From positions 1 to 48,803 of the IMG/VR virus record IMGVR_UViG_3300021408_000008: a DNA stretch of 48,803 bases; one strand, given 5' to 3'. Positions 1 to 8,938 of this stretch are shown one piece after another. Under the pieces are notes generated by a model. The model was not told the origin of the DNA. It was given only the letters and a program-made list of their open reading frames with translations, and did not search any database. The stretch is from a virus. Lineage: Duplodnaviria > Caudoviricetes. The position numbers were made by a program, and so were the translations under genes. Position 1 is the first letter of the stretch. Every line of letters starts with the position of its first letter.

Positions 1-360
1 CGGAAGCCGGTGCGTATCGACTGGGGCGTCTCACCCTTCGCAACCTTCGTGAGGTCTCGGACCTTGTCTCGTCGATGGATGCCAAGGGGGTCAGACCAGC
101 GCACCCGAGCGGCGCCTTCGAACCTCCCGTTCCAGCGCCGGGTGTAGTCGCGGAAGGCAGCCTTGGAGAGCCCGGTGTCGTACGCCTCCTCCTCGCGCCC
201 GGCGACCCGAGCGTCGAAGCAGGCCCGTTCGTACTCACTCGTGAGGACGTGGCCAATGGACTCCCTGAGACTGTCGAGCAGGTCGAGTCGTTCGATCGGG
301 TCTGGCGTGTTGTAGACCCAGGTGATCAGGCCGTCTAGCGACCGCATGACCTCGCCGTCA

Positions 361-390
361 TCGATATGGGGCATAGGCACATGCTACAGT
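361..390 (+). promoter_or_regulatory. Putative sigma70-type promoter for the recombination operon
   Basis: TCGATA-N18-TACAGT with an extended -10 (TGc TACAGT). The 15-bp palindrome follows at the expected +1, then RBS GAGGAG. Confidence 0.5.
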
Positions 391-396
391 TCACAC

Positions 397-411
397 ATTC
401 AACCGTTGAAT
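397..411 (+). promoter_or_regulatory. 15-bp palindromic site ATTCAACCGTTGAAT (site 1; duplicated at 48419-48433)
   Basis: Exact motif between the putative -10 and the RBS of the Rad52-like gene. Confidence 0.9.
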
Positions 412-424
412 GTTGAGGAGCGGC

Positions 425-991
425 ATGTCGTTCAGCGATGAGCAGGTTGAGTTCCTGCTCCGACCCATCAACCCGCTGCGGGTGCACACCCTGCGAGGCA
501 ACTCTTACCTGAAGGGTTGGGACGTCCGAGCCCACCTGAACCGGGTCTTCGGTTTCGGCAACTGGTCGGTCCAGACCACCGTCGAGGTCCTCTACGCCGA
601 GCAGCGTCCCAACTCCGACGGCAAGGACCAGTGGCACGTCGGGGCCGTGGCCCACGCCAAGCTCACCATCCTTGTCGGGCAGGACGATCTTCCCGACCCG
701 TACTACGAGGACGTGGCCTCCGACGAGGCTGTGCACCCCAACCGTGGGGAAGCCACCGACAACGTCACCAAGTCCGCTGCGTCCGGTGCGTTGAAGCGGT
801 GTGCTGTGAACCTCGGCGACCAGTTCGGTCTCTCCCTCTACAACGACGGGTCGACCGCGCCGAGCGTGCAGACCGTCACCCCTTGGGCGCGTGGACCGGC
901 GGCCCCGGTTGTGGACCAGAAAGAGTCGGACAAGGAGCCGGAGACTGAGACTGAGCCGGAGTCCCCGGCCGAGAGTGGAGCGTTCAAGTGA
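425..991 (+). CDS. Rad52/Rad22-family (Sak-like) single-strand annealing protein
   Basis: Motifs YLKGWDVRAHLNRVFGFGNWS and KSAASGALKRCAVNLGDQFGLSLY; RBS GAGGAG at 415-420; acidic tail. Confidence 0.85.
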   Translation: MSFSDEQVEFLLRPINPLRVHTLRGNSYLKGWDVRAHLNRVFGFGNWSVQTTVEVLYAEQRPNSDGKDQWHVGAVAHAKLTILVGQDDLPDPYYEDVASDEAVHPNRGEATDNVTKSAASGALKRCAVNLGDQFGLSLYNDGSTAPSVQTVTPWARGPAAPVVDQKESDKEPETETEPESPAESGAFK

Positions 992-1206
992 CTGAGATCT
1001 GGGTCCGCCACATCGATGAGCCCGACGGCTTCTACCTGGGTGAGACCTCGGTGGAGAAGGTCGACGACGTCACCAAGATGCTGGTCCGGTGGGGGCTGCA
1101 CGCCTACGACCGCGAGTGGTCTCAGGAGAGCGACTTCACCGGCCAGTTCACCCAGCAGGGCCGTCACATCGTGTTCGAGGTCATCCTGGGGTGGACTGAT
1201 GAGTGA
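988..1206 (+). CDS. Hypothetical protein
   Basis: GTGA overlap with the upstream stop; codon usage fits the genome. Confidence 0.7.
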   Translation: MTEIWVRHIDEPDGFYLGETSVEKVDDVTKMLVRWGLHAYDREWSQESDFTGQFTQQGRHIVFEVILGWTDE

Positions 1207-1324
1207 AGAGAAGGACTTCATCCGCTGCCCCCGCTGTGGTCGGGTCTCCTACCACCCGGAGGACATCAAACAGGGCTACTGCGGCTTCTGCCACGACTGG
1301 ACCCGTGATGATCCCCGACTCTGA
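1199..1324 (+). CDS. Small Zn-finger-like protein (41 aa)
   Basis: MSEEKDFIRCPRCG...YCGFCHDW carries two CxxC motifs and is tightly packed between neighbours. Confidence 0.65.
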   Translation: MSEEKDFIRCPRCGRVSYHPEDIKQGYCGFCHDWTRDDPRL

Positions 1325-2258
1325 TGCGCTGGCGAGGGAGATGCGCGATGCGGTTCACAAGTTCGAGTCCGACCGGGACCGTCAGTCGGTTGAGGGTCGG
1401 TTGGGCATCTCCGACATCGGCTTCTGCCGCCAGTACGCCGCCTACGTGGTCAAGCAGCAGCCCGCGACTGACGATCCCCCCAAGTGGGCCGCCTTCGTCG
1501 GCACTGCCGTGGGTGACCGTGTCGAATACGTCGTCCAGCACATGTTTCCCATTGCCCGCCGCCACCTGGCCGTTGAGGTGGAGCTACCTTCGGGGCTGAA
1601 GCTGCCCGGCCACCCCGACATCGTCACCCCCAGCGGGGTCATCGACATCAAGACCGTGGATGGGTTGGAGGTGGTGAAGTTCACCGGGGCCAGCGTGCAG
1701 CAGCAGTTCCAGAAGCACCTGTATGCCGCGGCCCTCATCCAGTCGGGGGACCTCGACGAGGAGACGGCGTGGGTGGCGAACGCCTGGTTCGACCGGTCCG
1801 GTCGTCAGCCTGAACCTCACGTTGAGATTGAGGCCTACGACCCGATGTGGCTGTTCTGGGCAGACGAGTGGCTTTCGGATGTTACCTACGCGGTCCGACA
1901 CAACGAGGACGCTGCCCAGGACAAGCCCATCCAGTTCTGCGAAGTGGCGTGCCCCTTCTTCACCGTCTGCCGTGCTGACGACGTGGTGAAGGACCGGGAG
2001 GGCGGGGGGCTCCTGGTGGCCCCTGAGCACGTCCAGGCGCTCTCCCTGTACGTGGAGGCCCGCAAGGACAAGAAGGCCGCTGAGCGGGCCATGGAGGACG
2101 CCCAGAGGGCCCTGGCGGGGGTCTCCGGCGTCGCTGAAGGTCACGTTCTGCGATGGACGAGTGTCGGGGAGTCCGATGTCCCCGGCTACACCCGCCGCGG
2201 CTACACCCGCATGGATGTGCGCAAGCTGCCGAAGCCTGTTGAGCGGAGGAAGAAGTGA
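1308..2258 (+). CDS. Cas4-like / PD-(D/E)xK exonuclease
   Basis: ISDIGFCR, GHPD...IDIKT, QKHLY and a C-terminal CEVACPFFTVC (four-Cys Fe-S pattern); close to the annealase gene. Confidence 0.8.
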   Translation: MIPDSDALAREMRDAVHKFESDRDRQSVEGRLGISDIGFCRQYAAYVVKQQPATDDPPKWAAFVGTAVGDRVEYVVQHMFPIARRHLAVEVELPSGLKLPGHPDIVTPSGVIDIKTVDGLEVVKFTGASVQQQFQKHLYAAALIQSGDLDEETAWVANAWFDRSGRQPEPHVEIEAYDPMWLFWADEWLSDVTYAVRHNEDAAQDKPIQFCEVACPFFTVCRADDVVKDREGGGLLVAPEHVQALSLYVEARKDKKAAERAMEDAQRALAGVSGVAEGHVLRWTSVGESDVPGYTRRGYTRMDVRKLPKPVERRKK

Positions 2259-2530
2259 CCGAGTACGGAGCGGGCGGCCCCTACGCCCACTGTGGGGTCT
2301 GCCTGGAGTTCAGGGCCACTGAGGTGGCCGAGTTCCTCGGGATGATCGGTACCGCCGCGCAGGAGAACCACCTCCCGCTGGAGGCCATCAAGATCCGGAT
2401 CGTGGAACTGCGTGACCCGCCGAACCTTCGGATGGGCTGGTACTTGAACACGGAGGAGCGGCATGGATCAGCCGAGTTTGTTCGAGACATCGCCTACACC
2501 CCCGAAGCGAAGAACAGTCTCGAACGGTAG
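2255..2530 (+). CDS. Hypothetical protein
   Basis: GTGA-coupled to the exonuclease gene. Confidence 0.55.
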   Translation: MTEYGAGGPYAHCGVCLEFRATEVAEFLGMIGTAAQENHLPLEAIKIRIVELRDPPNLRMGWYLNTEERHGSAEFVRDIAYTPEAKNSLER

Positions 2531-2759
2531 CCAGCACCCGGTGTGGACGAAGTACCACGCGGAGAAGGCGAAGAAGCCCCACAAGTGCGACTTCTGCATG
2601 CGCAACATGATGGACAACCCAATCGCGCCAGCCGCACGCCTTGCCCGGTTCCAGCGCAAGGCCAAAGGCTTGACCCTCTACCTGTGTGTCCACCACACCA
2701 ACGACCAGCGGGTCGAAGACGGGCTGGGGAAGGTCAAAGAACCCTTCGGCCGGAGTTGA
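2463..2759 (+). CDS. Hypothetical Cys/His protein, last gene of the rightward arm
   Basis: RBS GGAGGAG; CDFC...LCVHH; converges on the leftward arm. Confidence 0.65.
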   Translation: MDQPSLFETSPTPPKRRTVSNGSQHPVWTKYHAEKAKKPHKCDFCMRNMMDNPIAPAARLARFQRKAKGLTLYLCVHHTNDQRVEDGLGKVKEPFGRS

Positions 2760-3900
2760 CCCCAGGCCAGCGGGTCGGGAACGCCTTACTGTCCAAGATC
2801 CCGCGGCGCCTACGGACATCCACCGCCCCGTCAGTGCCCTGACGTTCCAACTCGAACAAGGCCTCAATGGCCGGGAGTGTCGCCTCCAAGAAGGCCGCTC
2901 CCGGCCTTTGCCCGTCCAGGTGGGCTTGAAGTTCCGGGAGCACAGCATCGAACTGGCCCCCGATGGCGTCCGGCTGCTGGCCGATGAACTCCGCCACCAG
3001 GGCGCCCAGCACGATCGTCAGGGCCCCGTCGATGAACTCGACCTCACCGGTGAACGCCCCAGTGATCGGACCCGGCAGAGTCGCAGCGAACGAGGCCTCC
3101 ACCTGCACCTCGCCTGTCCCAGCCCCAGTGAGGGCAGGCAGGGGGGCAGTGAAGTTCCCCGAAGGTTCCGGGACCGGTCGGATCGTGATCAAGCGCAACG
3201 CCCAGTCGCGGGCCGTCCCCAAGGTCGGCTGGTAACGCTGAGACACCTGCGAGGTGGTGATCTTGTAGTCACCTTCGATGGTCATGTTCTCGGCGTGCGC
3301 TGCTGTCCCCGCCGCGAACGCGTGCACCCACACCCCACCGTCAGTGTCGGGGTCGGTGGTGAAGGCGTCAGCCGCGGGACCTTCGATGCCCAGCGCGGTG
3401 AGAATCAGGTACCCGGTAGGGGTGTTCCCGATGATGTCGGAGTCGACGACAGTGGTGTTGTCGCCACGGGCCAGCAGCGAAGTCGCATGGATCTGGTTGC
3501 CGCCAGCTCCTCGCCCAGTGCCCGACCATTCCTCCAGGACACACGCCTTACCGATCACCGACAGGGGTGTGGTCATCCCCGAGCTGGTGAAGAACTGGAG
3601 GGTGAGCACGTCACCGCTCAACAGTGGGGTTTCCTGCAACGAGTACGCCAGCATCGACTCGACCCCGTCATTGACGACACCCTGCCCGTTGGCGACCTGG
3701 AACTTCTCCCAAACGTTCCCCCGCGGGTCGACGATGTTGACGGTGGTGACGGAAGTCCCGGTGCCGTTCGCGTTCGAGATCGCCAACCGCAAAGTGGCCA
3801 GGTTCCACTTCGTCAAGCTGGCCGACACCGTCAGGGTGCTGGACGTGGAACCGCTCAGGGAGGTGAAGCTCCCCCGGTTGGCCAGTCGAGTGATGGCCAT
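2734..3900 (-). CDS. Virion/minor tail protein with C-terminal repeats
   Basis: Thr/Gly/Ala-rich; TGATG coupling and RBS GGAGG; C-terminal half resembles that of 3900-5111. Confidence 0.7.
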   Translation of the reverse strand: MAITRLANRGSFTSLSGSTSSTLTVSASLTKWNLATLRLAISNANGTGTSVTTVNIVDPRGNVWEKFQVANGQGVVNDGVESMLAYSLQETPLLSGDVLTLQFFTSSGMTTPLSVIGKACVLEEWSGTGRGAGGNQIHATSLLARGDNTTVVDSDIIGNTPTGYLILTALGIEGPAADAFTTDPDTDGGVWVHAFAAGTAAHAENMTIEGDYKITTSQVSQRYQPTLGTARDWALRLITIRPVPEPSGNFTAPLPALTGAGTGEVQVEASFAATLPGPITGAFTGEVEFIDGALTIVLGALVAEFIGQQPDAIGGQFDAVLPELQAHLDGQRPGAAFLEATLPAIEALFELERQGTDGAVDVRRRRGILDSKAFPTRWPGVNSGRRVL

Positions 3901-5111
3901 CAGACCCTCCTCCTGCGGTACGGCCACTTGACCGGGAAGGTGGCGTTGGCGCTGTAGATGTACGGCCGCACATCCACTGTCGTCAGCTCAATGAACCCAG
4001 CACCAGTGAACTCCCCCTGAAGCGCGGGGAGGCTCATCAGCAACTCCCCAGTCCCAGGGGTGGCCCCAGTGAACTCGGCCAGCAGGGAACCCAAACTGAT
4101 GGCCAGCTCACCCTCGACCTCCGGCTCTGTGGACTCACCCGTGAGCGCGGCAGTGAGCGCCCCCAACACGATCACGACATCATCAGTGACCGTTACCAAG
4201 CCGTTATCAACAGCGGTGAGGGGAGAGAGCACCACCGACGCTGCGCCAGTTACCTCGATGCCAGCAGTGGCAGCTGCCGTGACCGCAGGGAGGGTGGCAG
4301 CGAAGTCGCCGGTGGTGCTGGGCCGCTGGCCCGTGAAAGCTCCAGAGAGCGCCGGAAGCGTGGCAGTGAAAGAGCCCTCCACCTCGGCTTCGCCCGTCCA
4401 CGCCGAAGTGATCGCACCAAGGGCGGCGGTGAAATCGCCGGTGACGCCTTCCTCTTCCTCGGTGCCCAGGACCTCGATCGCGACGATCGAGTACTTCTGC
4501 GCCACCGGCAAGGTCAGCCCCACCGTCTTCAACCCGGCCGCCCCAACGTCGGGGTAGTAGGCCGCGTAGACGGCGTAGGTGGCACCGCTTCGGAAGTAGG
4601 CTCGCTCGAACCCGTTGCCTGCGGACGGGGCGGTGCCGTTCACTGTCCGCCACGTACGGGTCGCCCCATCAAGAGCGTTCCAGTCAGCAACGATCACCAC
4701 GACCGCGGAGTTCGCCCCCGTGGTGGTGATCCCCAGCGATGGGGCGGAACCGCTGACGTTCGTCTTAGCGGACGCCCCAACACCCGAGCTGGCGGAGAAC
4801 CGCAACGCGATGAAACCCCACGCCTGCACGGAACCTGCGCGAGTGACCGACAGAGTCCACCCGGCCGCAGTGGTGGCAGTGGTGGTCCACCCGTAGGCGG
4901 CACACCAGTCGGAGCTGATCGCGACTGACTGGCGCAGCGTGTAGGTGTGGCTGTTCCCAGTGGGGGTGGCGAGGGTGGTGTCACCGTTCTCCGACGCACC
5001 AAGGACAACCAGCGTGTCACCGGCCGCAGTCGTCGGGGTGACCGTCTTCGGTGTAGACGTCGTCGACCAGCTGGAGGCCTCGTACTCCGCGACGAAAGTG
5101 GGCGCGGCCAC
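3900..5111 (-). CDS. Virion/minor tail protein with C-terminal repeats
   Basis: N-terminal beta-rich domain (TTAAGDTLVVLG) followed by repeated GxFxAxLPA units. Confidence 0.7.
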   Translation of the reverse strand: MAAPTFVAEYEASSWSTTSTPKTVTPTTAAGDTLVVLGASENGDTTLATPTGNSHTYTLRQSVAISSDWCAAYGWTTTATTAAGWTLSVTRAGSVQAWGFIALRFSASSGVGASAKTNVSGSAPSLGITTTGANSAVVVIVADWNALDGATRTWRTVNGTAPSAGNGFERAYFRSGATYAVYAAYYPDVGAAGLKTVGLTLPVAQKYSIVAIEVLGTEEEEGVTGDFTAALGAITSAWTGEAEVEGSFTATLPALSGAFTGQRPSTTGDFAATLPAVTAAATAGIEVTGAASVVLSPLTAVDNGLVTVTDDVVIVLGALTAALTGESTEPEVEGELAISLGSLLAEFTGATPGTGELLMSLPALQGEFTGAGFIELTTVDVRPYIYSANATFPVKWPYRRRRV

Positions 5112-5116
5112 AGGGA

Positions 5117-5548
5117 TTACTCCCCAGACGGCATGGTGACAGTGCCCGACAGGATCTCGAAGGAGACGTTCTCACTGATGGTGGTGGTGTTGACGATGAG
5201 GTCCGAAGCGGACGTGGCCACGTTGCCCTGAAGGACCGCGTTCACGTTGCGGTTGACGATGCGGAAGTACCCGGCAGCGGTACCGGCGCCAGCAGCGGGC
5301 AGGCCCACCGTCGCCAGCGGAACCCCAAGCAGGGTCGCCACGCCGGAGGAGTTGGCCGCACCGAACGACGGGTTCGCCAAGTTCACCTCAGCGAGCAGGG
5401 AACCGGTGGCAGCGTCGTTCGCGGACGCAGGCTTCGAACCGGAGTAGATGCGCAGACGACCCTGCGCGTTCGTGGAACCGACGTCCACCTGGTCGACCGC
5501 CCCATCACAGGCGGCCTGACGGGTGGCCGTGGCGATCTGGATGGTCAC
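5117..5548 (-). CDS. Virion structural protein
   Basis: LRIYSGSKPASANDAATGSLLA and AGYFRI motifs, recalled as typical of small phage tail-associated proteins; position in the late operon. Confidence 0.65.
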   Translation of the reverse strand: MTIQIATATRQAACDGAVDQVDVGSTNAQGRLRIYSGSKPASANDAATGSLLAEVNLANPSFGAANSSGVATLLGVPLATVGLPAAGAGTAAGYFRIVNRNVNAVLQGNVATSASDLIVNTTTISENVSFEILSGTVTMPSGE

Positions 5549-5796
5549 GGGGTCTCCTTAACGGTCTGCTCGGCCTCAGTAAGCGACGGGCCAGGGGTAG
5601 AAGTGATGGCGCTGGAAGCAAGCGACATGAGCACCGACAGAACGAAGCCACCGACAGCGACACCAGCGGCAGCCTCCCAGTCGATGGCGAAGGCATCCAG
5701 CAGGCCGTCACCGACAGCCCACAGCACGATCGGACCCTGGGCAGCTGTCTTGATGGCGCGCTCGGCGGTGGCCTTCCAGAACTCTTTGGTCCACAT
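5545..5796 (-). CDS. Holin, r1t-like family
   Basis: MWTKEFWKATAERAIKTAAQ...VLSVLMSLAS...GPSL; hydrophobic segments; RBS AGGAGG. Confidence 0.85.
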   Translation of the reverse strand: MWTKEFWKATAERAIKTAAQGPIVLWAVGDGLLDAFAIDWEAAAGVAVGGFVLSVLMSLASSAITSTPGPSLTEAEQTVKETP

Positions 5797-5798
5797 GG

Positions 5799-6134
5799 TT
5801 AAACCTCCTGGTCGACAGGGTAGCGGCGGCTGGCCAACCCGAACCGGATCAGCTCCACGGCACGCCAGATCAGCACCAACGGCATCAGTGTGAACGCCCC
5901 CAACAGGACCCAGTCCATGAACCATTCCGGGGTCCCGCCGAGGAACGTGTTGTAGGTCCGGGCCATGGCCCAGGTGCTGAACACGAGAGCTTGGACGCCC
6001 ATGAACGCCATCAGGTGCACGCCCAGCCCGTCACGCCACCAGTGCCCCCGCGAAGACCACTGGTACAGCGGCGGCAAGACCAAGGCGGCGAAGGCCGTCA
6101 CATAGATCAGGACGGTCGTGTAATCCCAGTCCAT
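5799..6134 (-). CDS. Membrane protein, holin-like (about 3 TM segments)
   Basis: Three hydrophobic segments; lies in the lysis cassette. Confidence 0.7.
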   Translation of the reverse strand: MDWDYTTVLIYVTAFAALVLPPLYQWSSRGHWWRDGLGVHLMAFMGVQALVFSTWAMARTYNTFLGGTPEWFMDWVLLGAFTLMPLVLIWRAVELIRFGLASRRYPVDQEV

Positions 6135-6301
6135 CAAATGTCCCCCCTGATGGCCCTAGCCATGCGCTCGGTGAAGTGGTTGCGGTAGCGGTCGCTGTTC
6201 AGCTCCCGCGCCATCATCTCGACTTCCCTCCCCTCCTTCAGCGACTCCTCCTTGGCTCGCTTGGCCTCGTCCAGCTCCTTTCGACGCCACCAGACCTTCA
6301 T
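6134..6301 (-). CDS. Small lysis-cassette protein (55 aa, not in the ORF track)
   Basis: MKVWWRRKELDEAKRAKEESLKEGREVEMMARELNSDRYRNHFTERMARAIRGDI; coupled by ATGA and TGATG overlaps on both sides. Confidence 0.7.
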   Translation of the reverse strand: MKVWWRRKELDEAKRAKEESLKEGREVEMMARELNSDRYRNHFTERMARAIRGDI

Positions 6302-6537
6302 CGGTGGTCACCTTCAATCACCTTGGGAAGGGCCCGGAGAACGTCCTGCGTTACCTTCCCGGCCTCCATCAGGGCCCGCTTCTGGCGCTGCTCCTCGAAG
6401 AAGGCTTCGCGCCAGTACTCCATCTCTCGACCAGGTACCCATTTGCCCTGGTAGATCATTCGGATGAAGCCGGTGACGAGAGCACCGCAAGCGGTAAGGA
6501 AGGCTCCCACTGTCGCGATGAACTGCCAGGGCTCCAC
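6298..6537 (-). CDS. Small membrane protein of the lysis cassette
   Basis: N-terminal TM helix then a charged helix; RBS AAGGAG. Confidence 0.7.
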   Translation of the reverse strand: MEPWQFIATVGAFLTACGALVTGFIRMIYQGKWVPGREMEYWREAFFEEQRQKRALMEAGKVTQDVLRALPKVIEGDHR

Positions 6538-6545
6538 AGTTCTCC

Positions 6546-7415
6546 TTAGCGAGACAGGCCAGGCTTCCCCTGCCCGGACAGCTCAGCGTTGATCGCCTCC
6601 TGCTCCTCAGTCGTGATCAGGTTGTTGTTCTTCAGCGCGAACGACAGGGCACTGAGTCCCGCAGCCACGGACTCCAGCTGCCGGTTGGCCTTCTCGGCCT
6701 TCTCGTACGCGGCCCCAGCGCTCGCCTCAGCCCGGCGCAGACGCGCGAAGGCGTCCTCCTCGCCGAAGCTCTTGTTCGTGTAGCCCCAGACCTCCTGAGC
6801 GCTCACTTCGTCGTCCTCTCCCGTGTCGGGCAACCCCTGTTCGAGGGCCTTCTTCAGCTTCGAGCAGTAGAGCCCACCGGTGTCCCAGTGGTCGTTACCA
6901 CTGGCGTGCATGTGGGCCAGGATGCCCTTGTAGGCGTCGTAGGCGGGGCCGGAGAGCCGCACACCACTGACGTACGTCTTCTGCCCCTCCTTCCACTTCA
7001 CCGAAGAAGTGGGCGGCACACCGTGCTTGCCCAGTTCCAGGATCATCTGCGCGATGTCCGCGAAGTGGGAGGCGGTCAAGTCACCGATCCACAGGCCCCC
7101 GACACGCTTCGCCAGGTTGAAGTCGCTGTAGGCGATGATCTCCAGCTGGAACACGTTGTCCCGGTTCTCCCGCACCGCGGTGCCGCTGGGGTCCCTCAGG
7201 GCCCGGGCAGACATCTCGTTGGGGAAGTGCTGGCGGATCTCACGGCGCAGCGGGTGGTAGGTGGCGGTCGGGGCAGACGCTCCGCCACCGTAACCGGGCC
7301 AAGACCGGGTCTCAGTGGAGTGCAGCAGGAACTTGTCCAGCCGCGACATCGTGCCACCCGGGTAACGATTCGCGTACCACTGAGCTGTGGTGTTGGCCTT
7401 ACTCAGGGTTGTCAT
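6546..7415 (-). CDS. Endolysin, N-acetylmuramoyl-L-alanine amidase
   Basis: LHSTE..SWPGYGGGASAP, QLEI and GILAHMHASGNDHWD Zn-amidase motifs; directly upstream of the holin-like genes. Start codon uncertain. Confidence 0.85.
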   Translation of the reverse strand: MTTLSKANTTAQWYANRYPGGTMSRLDKFLLHSTETRSWPGYGGGASAPTATYHPLRREIRQHFPNEMSARALRDPSGTAVRENRDNVFQLEIIAYSDFNLAKRVGGLWIGDLTASHFADIAQMILELGKHGVPPTSSVKWKEGQKTYVSGVRLSGPAYDAYKGILAHMHASGNDHWDTGGLYCSKLKKALEQGLPDTGEDDEVSAQEVWGYTNKSFGEEDAFARLRRAEASAGAAYEKAEKANRQLESVAAGLSALSFALKNNNLITTEEQEAINAELSGQGKPGLSR

Positions 7416-7533
7416 CAACATCACCCGGCTGCTTGGCGTGCCCCTCCTCCTCCAGATCCTCCCAGTCCACTTCCTCCTGGGGGCCATCGGTCGGCTTGGG
7501 CTCCGGGACGCTCTCGTACGGGTCGGTGGTCAC
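7399..7533 (-). CDS. Small acidic protein (44 aa, not in the ORF track)
   Basis: MTTDPYESVPEPKPTDGPQEEVDWEDLEEEGHAKQPGDVDDNPE; GTGA coupling and RBS GGAGG. Confidence 0.6.
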   Translation of the reverse strand: MTTDPYESVPEPKPTDGPQEEVDWEDLEEEGHAKQPGDVDDNPE

Positions 7534-7694
7534 TTCGACTTCCTCCGCTTCGGGGTGGTCTTGATGATGGGCCTGCCGTTACGCATGACCGGGCCACCAG
7601 TGATGCGGGTGGGCACCCGCATGGGCCCTCGACCGGTACCAGTCCAGTCGATCGGCTTGATGGTCTTCTTCGCGGGGATCCTCTTCTTCGGCAT
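7530..7694 (-). CDS. Small basic protein (54 aa, not in the ORF track)
   Basis: MPKKRIPAKKTIKPIDWTGTGRGPMRVPTRITGGPVMRNGRPIIKTTPKRRKSK; RBS AAGGAGG. Confidence 0.65.
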   Translation of the reverse strand: MPKKRIPAKKTIKPIDWTGTGRGPMRVPTRITGGPVMRNGRPIIKTTPKRRKSK

Positions 7695-7703
7695 CTCTCC
7701 TCC

Positions 7704-8936
7704 TTACGGTCCCAACCAGGACATCGAAACGACCGAGTACCTGGAGTCCACGCCTGCCCCGCCGAAGATCTCCACGTCCTGGCCGATGCTGGAGTTGTTG
7801 TTCACCCTGAAACCGATGATGTCACCCTCATCCAGACGGAACACGTCCGAGATCTCCACCGAGCCACCGAGGATCGGCAGCGCCGGATCGGAGTCGTAGA
7901 TGCAGAACAGCCGGATCGGGCACACCAGGGAACCCACGGTGGCGACGTGGCGGTCCAGGATCAGCTGGAAGTCGCTGGTCGTGTAGTTGTCGGTGCGGAT
8001 GTTCCAGCCCGACGCGACGCTGCTGCCCGAGTACAGGTTCACCCCCACGTAGTCGGGGACCAGCGGCAGTGTGGCCCCGTAGCTGAGCCCGTTGTAGACC
8101 TCGCTGGTCACCCCATCGGAGATGGTGATGGACAGCGAGGTCCGGGTGTGCATCTTCCGTCCCGGCTGAAGGTGGTTGCGGAACTGGGCCTGCGCGATGA
8201 CGGTGCCCAGGTCAGTGATGGGACTGACGGGGGGGTTCAACCCCAGCAGCAGGCGGAAGTCACCCACCGTGTCCGCGTCGTTGGTGACAGCCAGGCGCAG
8301 CCGGTAAGTGATCAGGTACAGGCCCGCCTTGGAGACCTGCTTGTTCGACGAGTGGTAGCCGTCGGGGGTGGTGATGGCCGACGCGTACTCGGTGGTGATG
8401 GTCCCCGGGGTGCCGGAGACACCCGCGTTGATGGTGTTGGGGGACTGCTTGGAGCCACGGAAATGCGGCACCGTCAACCGGTCCACCAGGCCCGTGATGG
8501 CGGACTGCGGGATGGCGCTGAACGTGTTGCTGGCGCCAGACATCGTCTTGTTGGTGAGGGTCTGCGCCTGGGTGCGCCCAGCGAGGTCCCCAGCGATGCC
8601 GTGGATGTTGGTGGTGGCGTTGATGTGCGCGTTCGCGTCATCGGCCTCTTGGGCGGTGAAGACGTGCCGGACGATCTCGGGCGGGTTGTGGGGGACCGCG
8701 ACCGTGTCGTCAGCACCGCGCCCACCGGAAGCCACCGTGAGCGTGTTGCCGGAGCGGGAGGCGCAGAGGATCTTCTCCTCGTTCGCTGTGCCCACCCCGA
8801 TGACGATCCAGAAGGGGCCAGTCACCCCAGTGGGCCACCCGGTGGCATCGAGCACCACGACGGAGACGTCGGAGGAGGAGATGCCCACCGTCAGTTGGGT
8901 GGGCGCCGCCCCGCCTGCGTGTTCATAGCGGACCAT
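7704..8936 (-). CDS. Tail fibre / receptor-binding-type virion protein
   Basis: N-terminal EEKILC...GGRGADDT...H..VRHVFTA and the QTLTNKT motif common in phage fibres; beta-rich C-terminus. Confidence 0.65.
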   Translation of the reverse strand: MVRYEHAGGAAPTQLTVGISSSDVSVVVLDATGWPTGVTGPFWIVIGVGTANEEKILCASRSGNTLTVASGGRGADDTVAVPHNPPEIVRHVFTAQEADDANAHINATTNIHGIAGDLAGRTQAQTLTNKTMSGASNTFSAIPQSAITGLVDRLTVPHFRGSKQSPNTINAGVSGTPGTITTEYASAITTPDGYHSSNKQVSKAGLYLITYRLRLAVTNDADTVGDFRLLLGLNPPVSPITDLGTVIAQAQFRNHLQPGRKMHTRTSLSITISDGVTSEVYNGLSYGATLPLVPDYVGVNLYSGSSVASGWNIRTDNYTTSDFQLILDRHVATVGSLVCPIRLFCIYDSDPALPILGGSVEISDVFRLDEGDIIGFRVNNNSSIGQDVEIFGGAGVDSRYSVVSMSWLGP

Positions 8937-8938
8937 GA

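Larger units (their letters stand above)
1..775. repeat. Terminal direct repeat, copy 1 (circular assembly overlap or terminal redundancy)
   Basis: 1-775 matches 48023-48797 (offset 48022). Only the last 6 nt of the window diverge. Confidence 0.95.

Noticed and set aside
2734-8936. Diversity-generating retroelement acting on fibre genes
   Set aside because: No reverse transcriptase and no TR/VR pair differing at adenines were seen.
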